Below, piece after piece: positions 1 to 11,077 of a stretch of DNA of 32,000 nucleotides. The position numbers and the translations under genes are program-made. Source of the stretch: Zygophlyctis sp. KS116 (taxonomy: Eukaryota > Fungi > Chytridiomycota); NCBI GenBank assembly GCA_054661495.1, contig BAAFSQ010000003.1:72579-104578 (forward strand). Reading direction: 5' to 3'. Each line of letters opens with the position of its first letter. Position 1 is the first letter of the stretch. Below the pieces are notes generated by a model. It was not told the origin of the DNA. It searched no databases and saw only the letters and a list, made by a program, of their open reading frames with translations.

Positions 1-291
1 ACGACCGGATTATATATACTTGGACGGAAGAGCATTTTTGAAGATTCTGATGTTTTCCAAAATTCATTCAAGAGCCTCTGGACATACCCTCATAATCATT
101 TATGGATTAATACCGAAGAAGTTTTTGAAGATAAGTCTAGAAGTGTAGATAATCATCACCTAAAGTTTGTTTCAAAGTCTTCAGAATGGCAAGTTTCAAA
201 GAAAGAGCAGGATGAGGTCAGAGGGATTGGTAGTGTTGAAGAAATGGGTGATTTGGTGCATGCTTTGTCCGAGAAGAAATTAAAGGATTAA
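1..291 (+). CDS. AQR: 3' end of Aquarius/Cwf11-like intron-binding spliceosomal helicase (partial)
   Basis: Frame 1 is open from the window edge to TAA 289-291. It reads TTGLYILGRKSIFE...IGSVEEMGDLVHAL, resembling the Aquarius C-terminus (GLYIFGRxxLFE...MGxxV). It is missing from the ORF track because it is truncated. Confidence 0.6.
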   Translation, partial: TTGLYILGRKSIFEDSDVFQNSFKSLWTYPHNHLWINTEEVFEDKSRSVDNHHLKFVSKSSEWQVSKKEQDEVRGIGSVEEMGDLVHALSEKKLKD

Positions 292-317
292 AGCACTGCT
301 TAAATTTGAAAATTTAA

Positions 318-1787
318 ATGTTTCGAATAATAATGATCTTGATATTGTGTATTAATGAGACTCATAGCAGAATTATTAGATCAAGGCCCAATCATGAGTT
401 GGACTATCCAGTGCGTGAATTGGCAATTGTATACTACTCGCAATCTTCAACTTTAACATTGAAACAGAAATATCATAGATCGCCAATCATTAAAATGAAG
501 ATTAAATCAAAGGGATCATGCTTAAATGTTGATAATGTCTTCGGACTAGAATCCATCATTTGCCGTGATGATCGTATGCACATGAAGCTAAACAGGAAGC
601 TTTCAATATCTCACTGGAATGTGTCAGATGGCATAACATTTCTTATCAATCCTCATTGGAACTGTTTGGGCAATCATCGGGCTGTATTTCTATACTCTAA
701 ATCTTTCATTGCTTTATCAAATGAACTAGTATTCAAAGTTCAGACTGTTCACCCAACAGATGTTATTGATGAATATGAATTTTTAATCAGGCCTAATAAT
801 GAATACACTCAGGAACTACTTGTTGGCGACGCTCAAGGCAATAATATGATGGCACCAAATGAATTAGAAAAAATGGATGATACACTGCCATTCGATTATG
901 ATTTATCTGGGCAATCATGGGATGTTGTGCTAGGGAATACACATTCTTTGCAGCCTTCATCTGCTACAATTTATTGTATATCGTGTCATTTATCAGGGAC
1001 TAATGCTCTATATTCTAATCTGAAAGGATCAACTGCTATAGATAAGCTTGATGCGGTTTTCAAAACTGGTATTAGTTCTTCTTTAAATGCGGATTTAGAA
1101 TTGGTCCTGGAAATAACAAATCTTGCAATATCAAGTAAACTGGGGCTTATGTCATGGAAACAATCTATATTCAAGTTAAATTTCTTGCCAATTTCAATAC
1201 CTGGATTATTCGACATTGGTAATATGCTATATATAAAGTCATCATAGAAGCAGCAATATGGATTGATGCCTCATTGCATTTTGCACTCTTAGGAAAAGGG
1301 AATATTACCATTAATTTTTCATTTAATCAATCACAATCATTTACAGAAATGGAAGTAAAAAATGAAAATCCGCAAATATTTAATATCTCAAGTAGACCCA
1401 TCATTAAAATTGGACTTGAGAATCCAACAAACGATTTTTCGGTATTCATATAACAATTAATCGAAGGTTTATGGCGCATCTGTAATTTCTCCTTCCGTGG
1501 GTATTCGTGTCAGATTATTCGATAGACCATTTAACTCTTTCGTTGGACTTCGTTATGATGTTGGCGTATCATCTCAAATTGATATTTATTCTGCCCCATT
1601 TAAAAAGGATCATCTAAAAATTATATTTTCAGAATGTCCGAATGGTAGTTTTGGGTTTTCAAAAGACCGTTTTGTGAAAGTTGTTGGAAATGTTGGACCA
1701 TTTGAACATTGTATTTGGGCTCCTGAAATATATAATTTAGATAAAGGATGTATTCCCGCAGATCAGATTCAATACTCAAATTTGTAA
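318..1787 (+). CDS. Secreted protein of unknown function, paralogue A (resembles fungal DUF7029+DUF7223 architecture)
   Basis: Has a signal peptide. Intron 1219-1238 (or 1219-1247, same frame) and intron 1442-1466 join ORFs 318 and 1497. Contains CxxC (CISC) and PISIPGLF motifs. The family assignment is from memory and tentative. Confidence 0.7.
452..805 (+). repeat. 354-nt perfect direct repeat, copy 1
   Basis: Identical by eye to 1986-2339 (offset 1534). Confidence 0.95.
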
Positions 1788-1836
1788 AGCATCACAAGCA
1801 TATTTGTCAGCTGCTTCAATACGATCAATCATTAAA

Positions 1837-3230
1837 ATGGCAATCCACAATTGTTTTTATTTTTTATTCAATTTCTTAATTGTTTCCAGCCATTTCCTTA
1901 GTTCCTATCCAAAGCATGAATTCGGATCACCTTCCCAGCGACTCGTTGCTCTTTATCATTCAGGATTTCTGGCTGCACACCACAATTTAACATTGAAACA
2001 GAAATATCATAGATCGCCAATCATTAAAATGAAGATTAAATCAAAGGGATCATGCTTAAATGTTGATAATGTCTTCGGACTAGAATCCATCATTTGCCGT
2101 GATGATCGTATGCACATGAAGCTAAACAGGAAGCTTTCAATATCTCACTGGAATGTGTCAGATGGCATAACATTTCTTATCAATCCTCATTGGAACTGTT
2201 TGGGCAATCATCGGGCTGTATTTCTATACTCTAAATCTTTCATTGCTTTATCAAATGAACTAGTATTCAAAGTTCAGACTGTTCACCCAACAGATGTTAT
2301 TGATGAATATGAATTTTTAATCAGGCCTAATAATGAATATCATCGCAATCTATTGTTTTATGATCGTATCACTGAACACGACAATAATACTACTGATCAT
2401 CTAAAGCCGTTCAATTACTCATTCACTGGAACTTTATTTGATACAAGTGCACCTTTCACCAATGTCATCAAAAACTATTTTAGAATATCCTGTGAGAATT
2501 GTACTGTTGAAGGAACGACAGAGTTATCTGCACATATTCGTGGCCCGGGCTTACTGAATAAAGCCCATGCGGTAATTGAAACGGGTATCGGATCAGCCTT
2601 AAATTTAAAGTTGATATTGGTTTTAAAAAGTGTTGGTGTATTTCTCGATCCATTTAGTTGGAATCGTAATTTGTTCAAACTAAAACTATTTCCTTGGTCT
2701 GTTCCTGGGATATTTGAACCTGGTATATTTACAATTACTTAAGATTAGATGTTTCTTTCAAGATTGATTTATCAAGCAGTATCCGACCACTAGCAGAAGG
2801 GGTATCACGATTTGCTATATCTCTCAACCATGATTACTCAAGAGTAACTATGCACTCTGAAAATGGGATTTCTAATACTACCATGGATATGCAAGAACCA
2901 ATATTTTCTGCAAATTCAACTTCCAATTTCAAGGGTGTCAGTTTCATCGGTTCTATTAATTTTTCCCCGTCTATTACTGCATCAATATCCTTCTTTAGAA
3001 TGGCTGTTCCTCTGGCAGCCATTTCATATAATACAGGATTTTCAGCAGTTGTAGATAATTTATCTGGAAATCTATATAATCAATGTAAATCCAACTCTTT
3101 TAATCTAACTGCATTTGGAAATTTTAAAGGATCGATTGGTAATTTTAGTAGAAATATGTTGCGTCCGATCACTAAAAAGCTCAAGAGTGGATGCATCAAT
3201 CCAATTCCACAGCGAAACGTAGGGCGATAA
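1837..3230 (+). CDS. Secreted protein of unknown function, paralogue B
   Basis: ATG 1837 with a hydrophobic N-terminus. Intron 2723-2748 joins ORF 1804 to ORF 2850. CENC and PWSVPGIF motifs and the first intron position match paralogue A. Confidence 0.7.
1986..2339 (+). repeat. 354-nt perfect direct repeat, copy 2
   Basis: Identical by eye to 452-805. Confidence 0.95.
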
Positions 3231-3242
3231 AACTTTAAACAA

Positions 3243-4624
3243 ATGTCTGTTCTCTTGGAAACATCTCTAGGAGAGATCGTTATTGACTTGTATCTTGAGA
3301 AATGTCCAAAGGCCAGTCTCAACTTTTTAAAACTCTGCAAAGTAAAATATTATAATTTCTCTTTATTTCACAATGTGCAAAAAGGATTTATGGCACAAAC
3401 AGGCAAACCCGGAGCCGTCGATGCTTTTGAAACTGGGGAATCTGTTTGGGGGTAAATTGATGATTAATAATGATAGGCTGATCCATGGAGCCGATAAGCG
3501 ATATTTTGTTCCTGAATTTCATCCAAAGTTGAAACATAATCAAAAAGGGATAGTATCAATGGCTACAGTGACTTCTGAAAATGGAACCCACTTGGCTGGA
3601 TCTCAATTTTTTATTACTCTTTCAGATGGTCATTTGGAGTATTTAGATGGTAAAATGTCAGTTTTTGGAGTTGTTGCTGAAGGTTTAGACGTTTTGGATA
3701 AAATCAATGAAACTATTACTGATACTGAAGGGATTCCGTATAAAGACATTCGGATAAAACATACTATAATTTTAGAAGATCCTTTTGATGATCCGTCAGG
3801 CTTGATAGTCCCTGATCGATCACCAATTTTAACTGAAGAAATGTTGAGAAAAGGAAGGATAGGAGAAGATGATGGGGAAGAGGAAGAATTGGATCCTGAA
3901 GCCTTGGAAAAAAGGACACGAGAAAGAGAAGCTGAAGCTAGAGCACTTACTCTTGAAATGGTGGGAGATTTACCATTTGCTGAAGTCAAACCTCCAGAGA
4001 ATGTATTATTTGTATGCAAATTGAATCATGTTACACGCGATGATGACTTGGAACTGATATTTTCAAGATTTGGCAAAGTCTCTAGGTAATTTCAAGATTT
4101 AATTTTGTAGTTGTGAAATTATTAGAGATCCTAAAACTGGAGAGTCTTTACAATATGCATTTATTGAATTTGAAGATAAAGAAGCATGTGAAGAAGCATA
4201 TTTCAAGATGGATAATGTTTTAATAGACGACCGTAGAATCCATGTTGATTTCTCACAAAGTGTATCAAAACTTCACCAAGACTTTTTAAGAGGAAATAGA
4301 AATCCATTAGATGATTCTTTTGGAGGAAGTTCAAATCTAAAAAAGAAGACCCAATATAGAGACCAAGAGTATTCACGTTCAAAGTATGATTTAGTTTTTG
4401 AACATTCTGGTAATATTTCTGTAGAAAAGAAAAGAAAAGAGAGCCATGATTCAGTTGGACATGATAAAAGTAGAAATAGATCAAGAGAAAGATATAATCA
4501 AAGAGATGATTCTAGAGATCGCTCTAGAGAACGTACCAGACGTCGCTCAAGAGATCGTTCTAGAGATCGCTCAAGAGACCGCTCTAGAGGAGATCGTCAG
4601 AATCGTTATACATCACATCGATAA
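3243..4624 (+). CDS. PPIL4: Cyclophilin-RRM protein PPIL4 (Rct1/CYP59) with RS/RD tail
   Basis: Cyclophilin start [31 protein letters not shown]...YAFIEF...[19 protein letters not shown], and a C-terminal DRSR repeat tail. Introns 3452-3476 and 4086-4110 (25 nt each) restore the frame. Confidence 0.95.
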
Positions 4625-4643
4625 AAACAATTATATTATCTTA

Positions 4644-5147
4644 TTATCTTTTGCCTTCTGTCAAATCAATTACAGACTTGTCAATATTTTTCCAAGTTTC
4701 CCTAATTAAATCAAAGATTTCAGATTGTAAATCCCCTTGCACTACAATTTCATCCAAACCTTGATTATTCTTTGAGACTGACGACCCAGTTGCAAATTTA
4801 TTAGCAAATAGTTTAGCAGCCTTTTTCAAATCAACTGAATAGTGTTCGAGTCCTAAAATACATGTAACACATTTTCTTTTATTCCTTTCTGATCTCTTGA
4901 TAATGACTTTTGCAACATCCTTCTTCTTTGCAATTTTCCCTGAAATTTTTAAATTCTCTACTGATAAGTCTCCCTTGAGTTTTTGATGTAAAGCAGAATG
5001 ATTTGATTTCAGCCATTCCATACAATCAGCCTCTGACGGACCAAACTCACAGTATTCTGATGGTAGTGTGCATATATTGCAGTAGACTATATCAGATATG
5101 ATTCTTGATGGTGGCACCTCTACTGGCGACAAGGACTCTGTTTGCAT
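4644..5147 (-). CDS. DENR: Density-regulated protein / Tma22 (SUI1 domain)
   Basis: YCxxCTLPxEYCEFG zinc motif and SUI1 domain (KKAAKLFANKFATGSSVSK...EIVVQGD). Confidence 0.95.
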   Translation of the reverse strand: MQTESLSPVEVPPSRIISDIVYCNICTLPSEYCEFGPSEADCMEWLKSNHSALHQKLKGDLSVENLKISGKIAKKKDVAKVIIKRSERNKRKCVTCILGLEHYSVDLKKAAKLFANKFATGSSVSKNNQGLDEIVVQGDLQSEIFDLIRETWKNIDKSVIDLTEGKR

Positions 5148-5232
5148 TCTGTAAACCTTAGCCTACTAATTCTGTTCCTAGTGTTCAAAATTATAACAAA
5201 TCTTATAACCACACTAAACAAAATTATAGAGA

Positions 5233-5242
5233 AAACCCTACA
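5233..5242 (+). promoter_or_regulatory. Telo-box-like motif AAACCCTACA in the DENR/COPZ1 spacer
   Basis: Lies 6 nt before the COPZ1 ATG. The same ACCCTACA lies 10 nt before the RPS6 ATG (11883-11890, minus strand). Confidence 0.45.
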
Positions 5243-5248
5243 GTAAAA

Positions 5249-5840
5249 ATGGCGGCGGCCTTCCAACAGACTGTAATTATTCTCTCTCTAAACACATAGT
5301 CTCTTAAAACTATCCGCGCTTGTATAATCTTTGACTCTGAAGGAAACAGAATTCTCTCTAAATATTATGGAAACAAAATTTCTGAAAGTTTTGAAAAGAA
5401 ATTATTCGAAAAAACTAAAAAAAATCCAAATAATGATATTATCATGTTGGATCGACAACTTGTATTGTATAAATCCTGTGGTGACGTTTTCATTTATTTT
5501 ATTGCAAATTCTCCTTTTGAAAATGAAATCATGTTGTTTGGAATTTTAAATTCCTTTTATGATGCATTAGTCATTCTATTAAAGAATCAAGTCGAAAAAA
5601 GAATTATTTTGGAAAATTTAGATTTAATTCTTTTAGCAATTGATGAAACAATTGATGATGGGTAAGTATTTTTCTAAAAATTTTAAATTTTATAGAATTG
5701 TGCTAGAATTAGACTCTTCTAATATTGCATCTCGTGTATCAAAGAGAAGCGATAGAGATAATGTTCCTTTATCTGAACAAACATTGTCTCAAGCACTAAG
5801 ATCAGCACAAGAAACAATTGCAAGATCTTTATTAAAATGA
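5249..5840 (+). CDS. COPZ1: Coatomer subunit zeta (Ret3)
   Basis: After introns 5273-5299 and 5662-5695 it reads SLKTIRACIIFDSEGNRILSKYY...ENEIML...VEKRIILENLDLILLAIDETIDDGIVLE. Confidence 0.93.
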
Positions 5841-6200
5841 TTAAGAATTCTTAATTTTACGTCTATTTGGTCTTATTTTTATAGGTGCATTTGGGAGATT
5901 CATTCCTCTTTTATACCATTCTCTACAAGACATCAAATATTTACGATCAGAGATTTTAAGGCCTAAACTAGACAATTTTGAAGATGAAAAAGTAAATAAA
6001 TCTGACCAATTTTGGAATTTTGAAGAATATTGATCCATGGATCGTCCAATAGATTTTAGAAATGTTGTTACATCTGCAACATCTTCTCTTGCAGGTGGAA
6101 CCCATGTTCTTTTTGCTGGGTTGGGAAGGGATAGATAATCTAGTCCTTTTCTCCAGGAATTGAGATTAGAAATTGTTATTTTAGATCGAGAAAATATCAT
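5841..6200 (-). CDS. FYV4: Mitochondrial small ribosomal subunit protein mS41 (IGR domain)
   Basis: DVTTFLKSIGR...WSDLFTFSSSKL...G...RKYL IGR motif, with a basic presequence-like N-terminus. Confidence 0.85.
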   Translation of the reverse strand: MIFSRSKITISNLNSWRKGLDYLSLPNPAKRTWVPPAREDVADVTTFLKSIGRSMDQYSSKFQNWSDLFTFSSSKLSSLGLKISDRKYLMSCREWYKRGMNLPNAPIKIRPNRRKIKNS

Positions 6201-6330
6201 TAGGGCTTCAATTATGTAAGGGTTTCAGTATTAAAGTTTTTAAATTTACTCTAAATGCAGATGATGTCTTTTGAGAGAATTTTCTCAAATTATTAAAATG
6301 TTTACACCATTATAATAATCTTGTAGTAAA

Positions 6331-7567
6331 CTATACCTTCAACTTTTCTTGCATAAATGCGACTGTTGTAGCCTTTTTAATGGCTCTTCTGTCTCGCCTC
6401 TGAGCTTTAATCGCTTGTTTTCGTGCTTTTTTTTCCTCTGCACTTTCTTTTTTAGATCTAGCAATTCCTAAATTCTCTATTTTAATAAACTCTAAAAATA
6501 AAATTACCCTTTTCAGACTCTGATTCCTCTTCTGTCTCTATTATAGGTTTCATAATGGGTTTAAGTGATATTTTTGCTTTTGGCGCCTTTTTCAATATAG
6601 TAGGACGATTGTAAATATTGGAAAATGTACTTAAAATACTTTCACAATCCCATTCTTCTCTAATCTGCTCTTTAATGGATTCTACAGAAATTTCTGAACT
6701 AGAATCTTCATCTCTTAATTGTAAATTTTGCAAGTTATCTCTTAAAGTATCTTGTAAAGTATCTCTCTTTGGTATAACCCTTTGTTTTCTTCCAATAGTT
6801 TCTGTACTAGTTAAAAATTCATCCAAAATATCATTGATTCTTTCAGAGTCTAAATCTTGTCCTAATTCATCTTCATCTTCTTCCTCATAAGTTTCCAAAA
6901 CTTTTTCAAATCTGTTATCTAAAAGAGTTAAATTTGCATTTCTAAACATTGCAGAGGATGACATTGAAAAGTTTGTTTTTTGATCTTGATAAACTTCAAA
7001 ATCTTCCAAAGAGTCTTGAGAGTCTTGTTCGCTGTCTATATCCTTTGAAATTTGATATTGCGACATTTCTTGATCATATTCAGTGTTTTGAGTTTTTTGA
7101 ATCTTTTTTAAATTCTTTGGGACTTGTTGAGAATTCAAAAAATCAAAATATTCTTCTCCATCCCCTTCAGATGTTAAATATTCTTCATCATCCAAGGCAT
7201 ACAATGTTTCATAAACTTCCGGGTCCATATTTGGATCAAACTCTGGTTCCTCTGGTAAAAATGACTGTTTAGCCTTTATAAATACTCCTGATGGATCTGA
7301 TCCCATTGGTTTTAAATGTTTCAAATAATTATAATCATCATCATAGTACACACCATATTTAACATTTTCATTTATGGACGCATTGATAGATTCTTTAAAG
7401 TTTTTAGTTGATTCATCAATAGACTCGACATTTTTCCTAGAATTTCCAGAATGAATTTCTTTTAAAACCATTTCTGAAGCGTCTTCATTTACAATTTTCT
7501 CCTTTTGAGGTCTGTATACCAACTGATAAGACAGAGAGTTTTTCTTGTCAATAAATCCTTTTCCCAT
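6331..7567 (-). CDS. LTV1: Pre-40S assembly factor Ltv1
   Basis: Motifs FIDKK..YQLVYR, YGVYYDDDYNYLKHLK, SMSSS..RN..LTLLDNRFE, WDCESILST.SN.YNRP. Intron 6477-6507 leads to RSKKESAEEKKARK. The 3' end is uncertain because a further intron may start near 6336. Confidence 0.92.
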
Positions 7568-7588
7568 TATTTTTCAACTGATAAGGTA

Positions 7589-7626
7589 CAGAAAATTTTT
7601 TTTGTAAAGGTCAACAAAATTTTCTG
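7589..7626. promoter_or_regulatory. Inverted pair of RRPE-like elements in the LTV1/RRP3 bidirectional promoter
   Basis: CAGAAAATTTT (7589-7599) and AAAATTTTCTG (7616-7626) form a perfect 11-bp inverted repeat. It resembles the yeast RRPE (TGAAAAATTTT) and lies between two ribosome-biogenesis genes. Confidence 0.55.
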
Positions 7627-7633
7627 CACTTGA

Positions 7634-8911
7634 ATGTCGTTTAAAGATCTAGGACTCGTCCCAGAACTGGTTGATGCCTGTTTAAAGTTGGGATTTACAG
7701 AACCAACTGAAATTCAAAAAGAGGCTATCCCATTAGCATTAGAAAAAGATCTCATTGGTCTAGCTCAGACTGGTAGTGGTAAAACTGCTGCATTTGCTTT
7801 ACCCATTTTACAAAAACTATTTTTAAATCCACAACCATTTTTTGCTTGTGTCTTGGTTCCAACCAGAGAATTGGCTTTTCAAATATCTCAGCAGTTTGAA
7901 GCTTTGGGTTCTGGAATTGGTGCAAGGTCAACTGTAATTGTTGGGGGGATGGATATGATGTCTCAATCAATTGCATTATCAAAAAAGCCTCATGTGGTTA
8001 TTTGTACTCCAGGAAGGCTGTTGGATCATTTAGAAAATACTAAAGGATTTAATCTAAAGCAGTTAAAATATCTAGTATTGGATGAAGCAGATAGATTATT
8101 AGATATGGATTTTGGTCCGGAAATTGAAAAAATTCTAAAAGTGATTCCAAGAGAACGCTCAACATTACTATTTTCTGCTACAATGACATCAAAGGTAGAT
8201 AAACTACAAAGAGCCAGTTTAGTAGATCCAGTAAAAGTTTCTGTGGACACAAAGTATACTACAGTTTCAACTTTGCAACAATCTTATCTCTTTTTTCCTT
8301 TTAAACACAAGGAAGTTTACTTGGTGTATTTATTAAATGAATTAGCAGGTCAGACAACAATTGTTTTTACATTAACTTGTAATTCTGCTCAAAAGTTGGC
8401 GTTAATGTTGAGAAATTTGGGATTTTCTGCAATCTGTCTTCATGGTCAAATGTCTCAAACTAAAAGATTAGGGGCTTTAGGAAAGTTTAAAGCCGGTGGA
8501 AGGAATATTCTTATTGCTACCGATGTTGCAAGTCGTGGGTTAGATATTGCTGGAGTTGATGTTGTCATTAATTATGATGTTCCTGGTAGTTCAAAGGATT
8601 ATGTTCATCGTGTTGGTAGAACTGCAAGAGCTGGAAAGTCTGGCAAATCTGTTACATTTGTTACTCAATATGACGTTGAGTGGTATCAGAGAGTTGAACA
8701 TGCTATTCAAAAGAAATTAGATGAATATCCAATCGGTGATAAGTCTCAAGTTATGATATTGAAGGAAAGAGTCGATGATGCTGTCAGATTTGCTCATATG
8801 CAAATGAAGGAAGAAAACATGGGGAAAGGAAGGAAACATAGAAATGAGGACTCGGAAGATCGAAATTCTCGAAAGAAAGTTAACAAGGTTCACGGAAGGA
8901 AAAAGTATTAA
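7634..8911 (+). CDS. RRP3: DEAD-box rRNA helicase Rrp3/DDX47
   Basis: [35 protein letters not shown] and [10 protein letters not shown] motifs, plus DDX47-type KKPHVVI and DHLENTKGF. No introns. Confidence 0.95.
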   Translation: MSFKDLGLVPELVDACLKLGFTEPTEIQKEAIPLALEKDLIGLAQTGSGKTAAFALPILQKLFLNPQPFFACVLVPTRELAFQISQQFEALGSGIGARSTVIVGGMDMMSQSIALSKKPHVVICTPGRLLDHLENTKGFNLKQLKYLVLDEADRLLDMDFGPEIEKILKVIPRERSTLLFSATMTSKVDKLQRASLVDPVKVSVDTKYTTVSTLQQSYLFFPFKHKEVYLVYLLNELAGQTTIVFTLTCNSAQKLALMLRNLGFSAICLHGQMSQTKRLGALGKFKAGGRNILIATDVASRGLDIAGVDVVINYDVPGSSKDYVHRVGRTARAGKSGKSVTFVTQYDVEWYQRVEHAIQKKLDEYPIGDKSQVMILKERVDDAVRFAHMQMKEENMGKGRKHRNEDSEDRNSRKKVNKVHGRKKY

Positions 8912-8964
8912 ACTATTTTGATAGAAATAAAAGCATTAATCTCCTTTTTTAAATCACCCAAGTT

Positions 8965-10518
8965 TTACTCGTCTACTCTTTCGATTATCATATCAACAAG
9001 CATTCCATGACGGCTAATGTTTGGGGCATTTATAAACCTGGGTTGAAACGTTCCTAGATGTTCAATCTTCATATCAGATTGTAGTATTTCAGAGACTGTG
9101 ACAGGGACAATACTTTGTACTTTTGCTGTAATTATTGATGTTGAGCTAGATTTGATCAAACGATTGAAAAGAGAAGAGACAAGATCAATAGATGCCGACG
9201 TAGATGTGATCTATTGTATTAGATTTTTGAGATTATTACATTTAAATTTTGCATGGTTATATTGAGTTTTTTGAAATTAGGATATAAAGTTTGATTGATT
9301 AGATTGAAACCAACGTCGGTGATTACACGAAAGTTTTGGATTTCAGCAGTTAAGCTTGCAGTGGGTAGAATAAATCTAGAGTTTGTTTGATATTTCGCAT
9401 AAACTTTAAAGGAAATTCCTATATCAATATGAATAGCATCTTGTATAAATCTTATGTCGGTTTCTGGATGCCAAAGAATTTCATTTTCATCCACCTTAAA
9501 ATACGTTATGTTAACCTGAAGTGGTGAGGAAAATGGAATTGAAACTGAATTATTAGATATTAAGTCCATATTTGATAATTCTGAATTAATTGACTCAAAG
9601 ACAATTACTTTTAAATCCTCCAAGAAAACATCGGTCAGAAAAGGTTGCAAATCTGTATTTCGAGATGGAAGCGGCCTGCGGAATCCACTTTGAAGCTGTC
9701 TTTTTAAGATTGATTGAGATAAAGAGGTATTATAAAAAGGATCACTCCCTCTAAAAATCCCAAGATCAAAGATTATTCCAGCATCCGTGAACCAGGGAGC
9801 AGATGTGAATTCTGTATGATACATTCCATTTGGAGTCTCGAATTCAATTTTTGAGATCTGTTCTAATACATTTGGAAGTATTGCAACAATATTTTCCCTA
9901 ATCATATCAGCTGCATACTTTTGAACTAAAGCTCTGAATCGCAAAGCTGCCCAATTAAACCATGCCTTTGGACTCCGAATCTAAATTTTAAAATGATTAC
10001 CTTTATCTGCCCCAAGTATATTTCAACTTTACTAAAAATTGGCTGTAGAATCCGTTTCTCATGATTAAAACCAAATTTAAATCGTATATCAACTGAAGCA
10101 TCTGTAACATTGACTTGTGTTGTACCTGATGGAAGAATCCAACTAAATATTTTAAACCCAATAACACTTACTGTGAATTGGTGATATATTGCATAAACAT
10201 GCTAGTATCAAACTTTGCCCAGTATTGTAAGCTCTGATTTTTATAAAAGAGACCCGACGCCGGATGCCAATCTAAAAATGTGATCTTAAAAGTAGAAACA
10301 CTTAAATTGATATTTCCTACAACCGGAATAGCAATTACCTGATCTGGTATTGGAATTTCTTCTTTTATTAATGCATATGATATAGCATTATGCAAGTATG
10401 GATTCATTGATTGGAAAAAATGTGGTGTGATAAGAGGTTCAAGAGCAGTTTCATCATTCACTAAACTTGAACATTGATGCATTATTCCCACTATTAAGAG
10501 CACAATCATAAAAAACAT
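8965..10518 (-). CDS. Secreted BPI/LBP (TULIP)-like protein with two tandem homologous domains
   Basis: Has a signal peptide. Introns 10143-10171 (29 nt), 9981-10000 (20 nt) and 9211-9239 (29 nt) join three ORFs. IPIPDQ...GNINLSVSTFKIT fits a BPI N-domain start, and an internal repeat is visible. Confidence 0.6.
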
Positions 10519-10662
10519 TTGAAAGATTCAACACCCTGTATCTGTCTCAAGACTAGATGAAACGCCAATTTTTCACTCTAATCGCTTGTACTGCATACTA
10601 GTAGTATGATACTACCAACCTGTAAAAAGCGCAATCTAATTGATTTAAAACAGTCTAAAACT

Positions 10663-11025
10663 TTATTCTAAATCTTTTAAAATCTTTTCCAATTCCCCTG
10701 ATTGATGCATATTGATCAGTATATCACATCCTCCAATAAATTCCCCTTTAACAAATACTTGAGGAATTGTAGGCCAATTTGTAAATTCCTTGATACCTTG
10801 TCTAGTTTCTTCATTCTCTAAAACATTAACAAAGGAGTATTCCTTGACTCCATTTAATTCTAAAATCTGAACAACAGCTCTAGAAAATCCACATTGAGGT
10901 TCAGTTTTTGTCCCTTTAATGAAAACAAGAACATTATTGTCCTTGATTGCCTTTTCTAGACTTGACTTTAATTCAGTTGAAATATATCTCTTAAAAGGTA
11001 AACAGTTCTTTAATCCTCTAAACAT
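10663..11025 (-). CDS. GRX5: Mitochondrial monothiol glutaredoxin Grx5
   Basis: KGT..EPQCGFS, WPTIPQ and GEFIGGCDI motifs, with a presequence. Confidence 0.96.
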   Translation of the reverse strand: MFRGLKNCLPFKRYISTELKSSLEKAIKDNNVLVFIKGTKTEPQCGFSRAVVQILELNGVKEYSFVNVLENEETRQGIKEFTNWPTIPQVFVKGEFIGGCDILINMHQSGELEKILKDLE

Positions 11026-11077
11026 TCACAATTTTTAAATTTTTAAAACTCAACAGAAAAATATTAAAAACGACTTA

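Noticed and set aside
3630-4019. Antisense ORFs over conserved genes (also 6618-6890, 8026-8250, 23726-24130, 26190-26420)
   Set aside because: They are Ser-rich shadow frames of well-supported opposite-strand CDSs.
4440-4620. AGAGATCGCTC(T/A) tandem repeats
   Set aside because: They encode the ordinary RS/RD tail of PPIL4.
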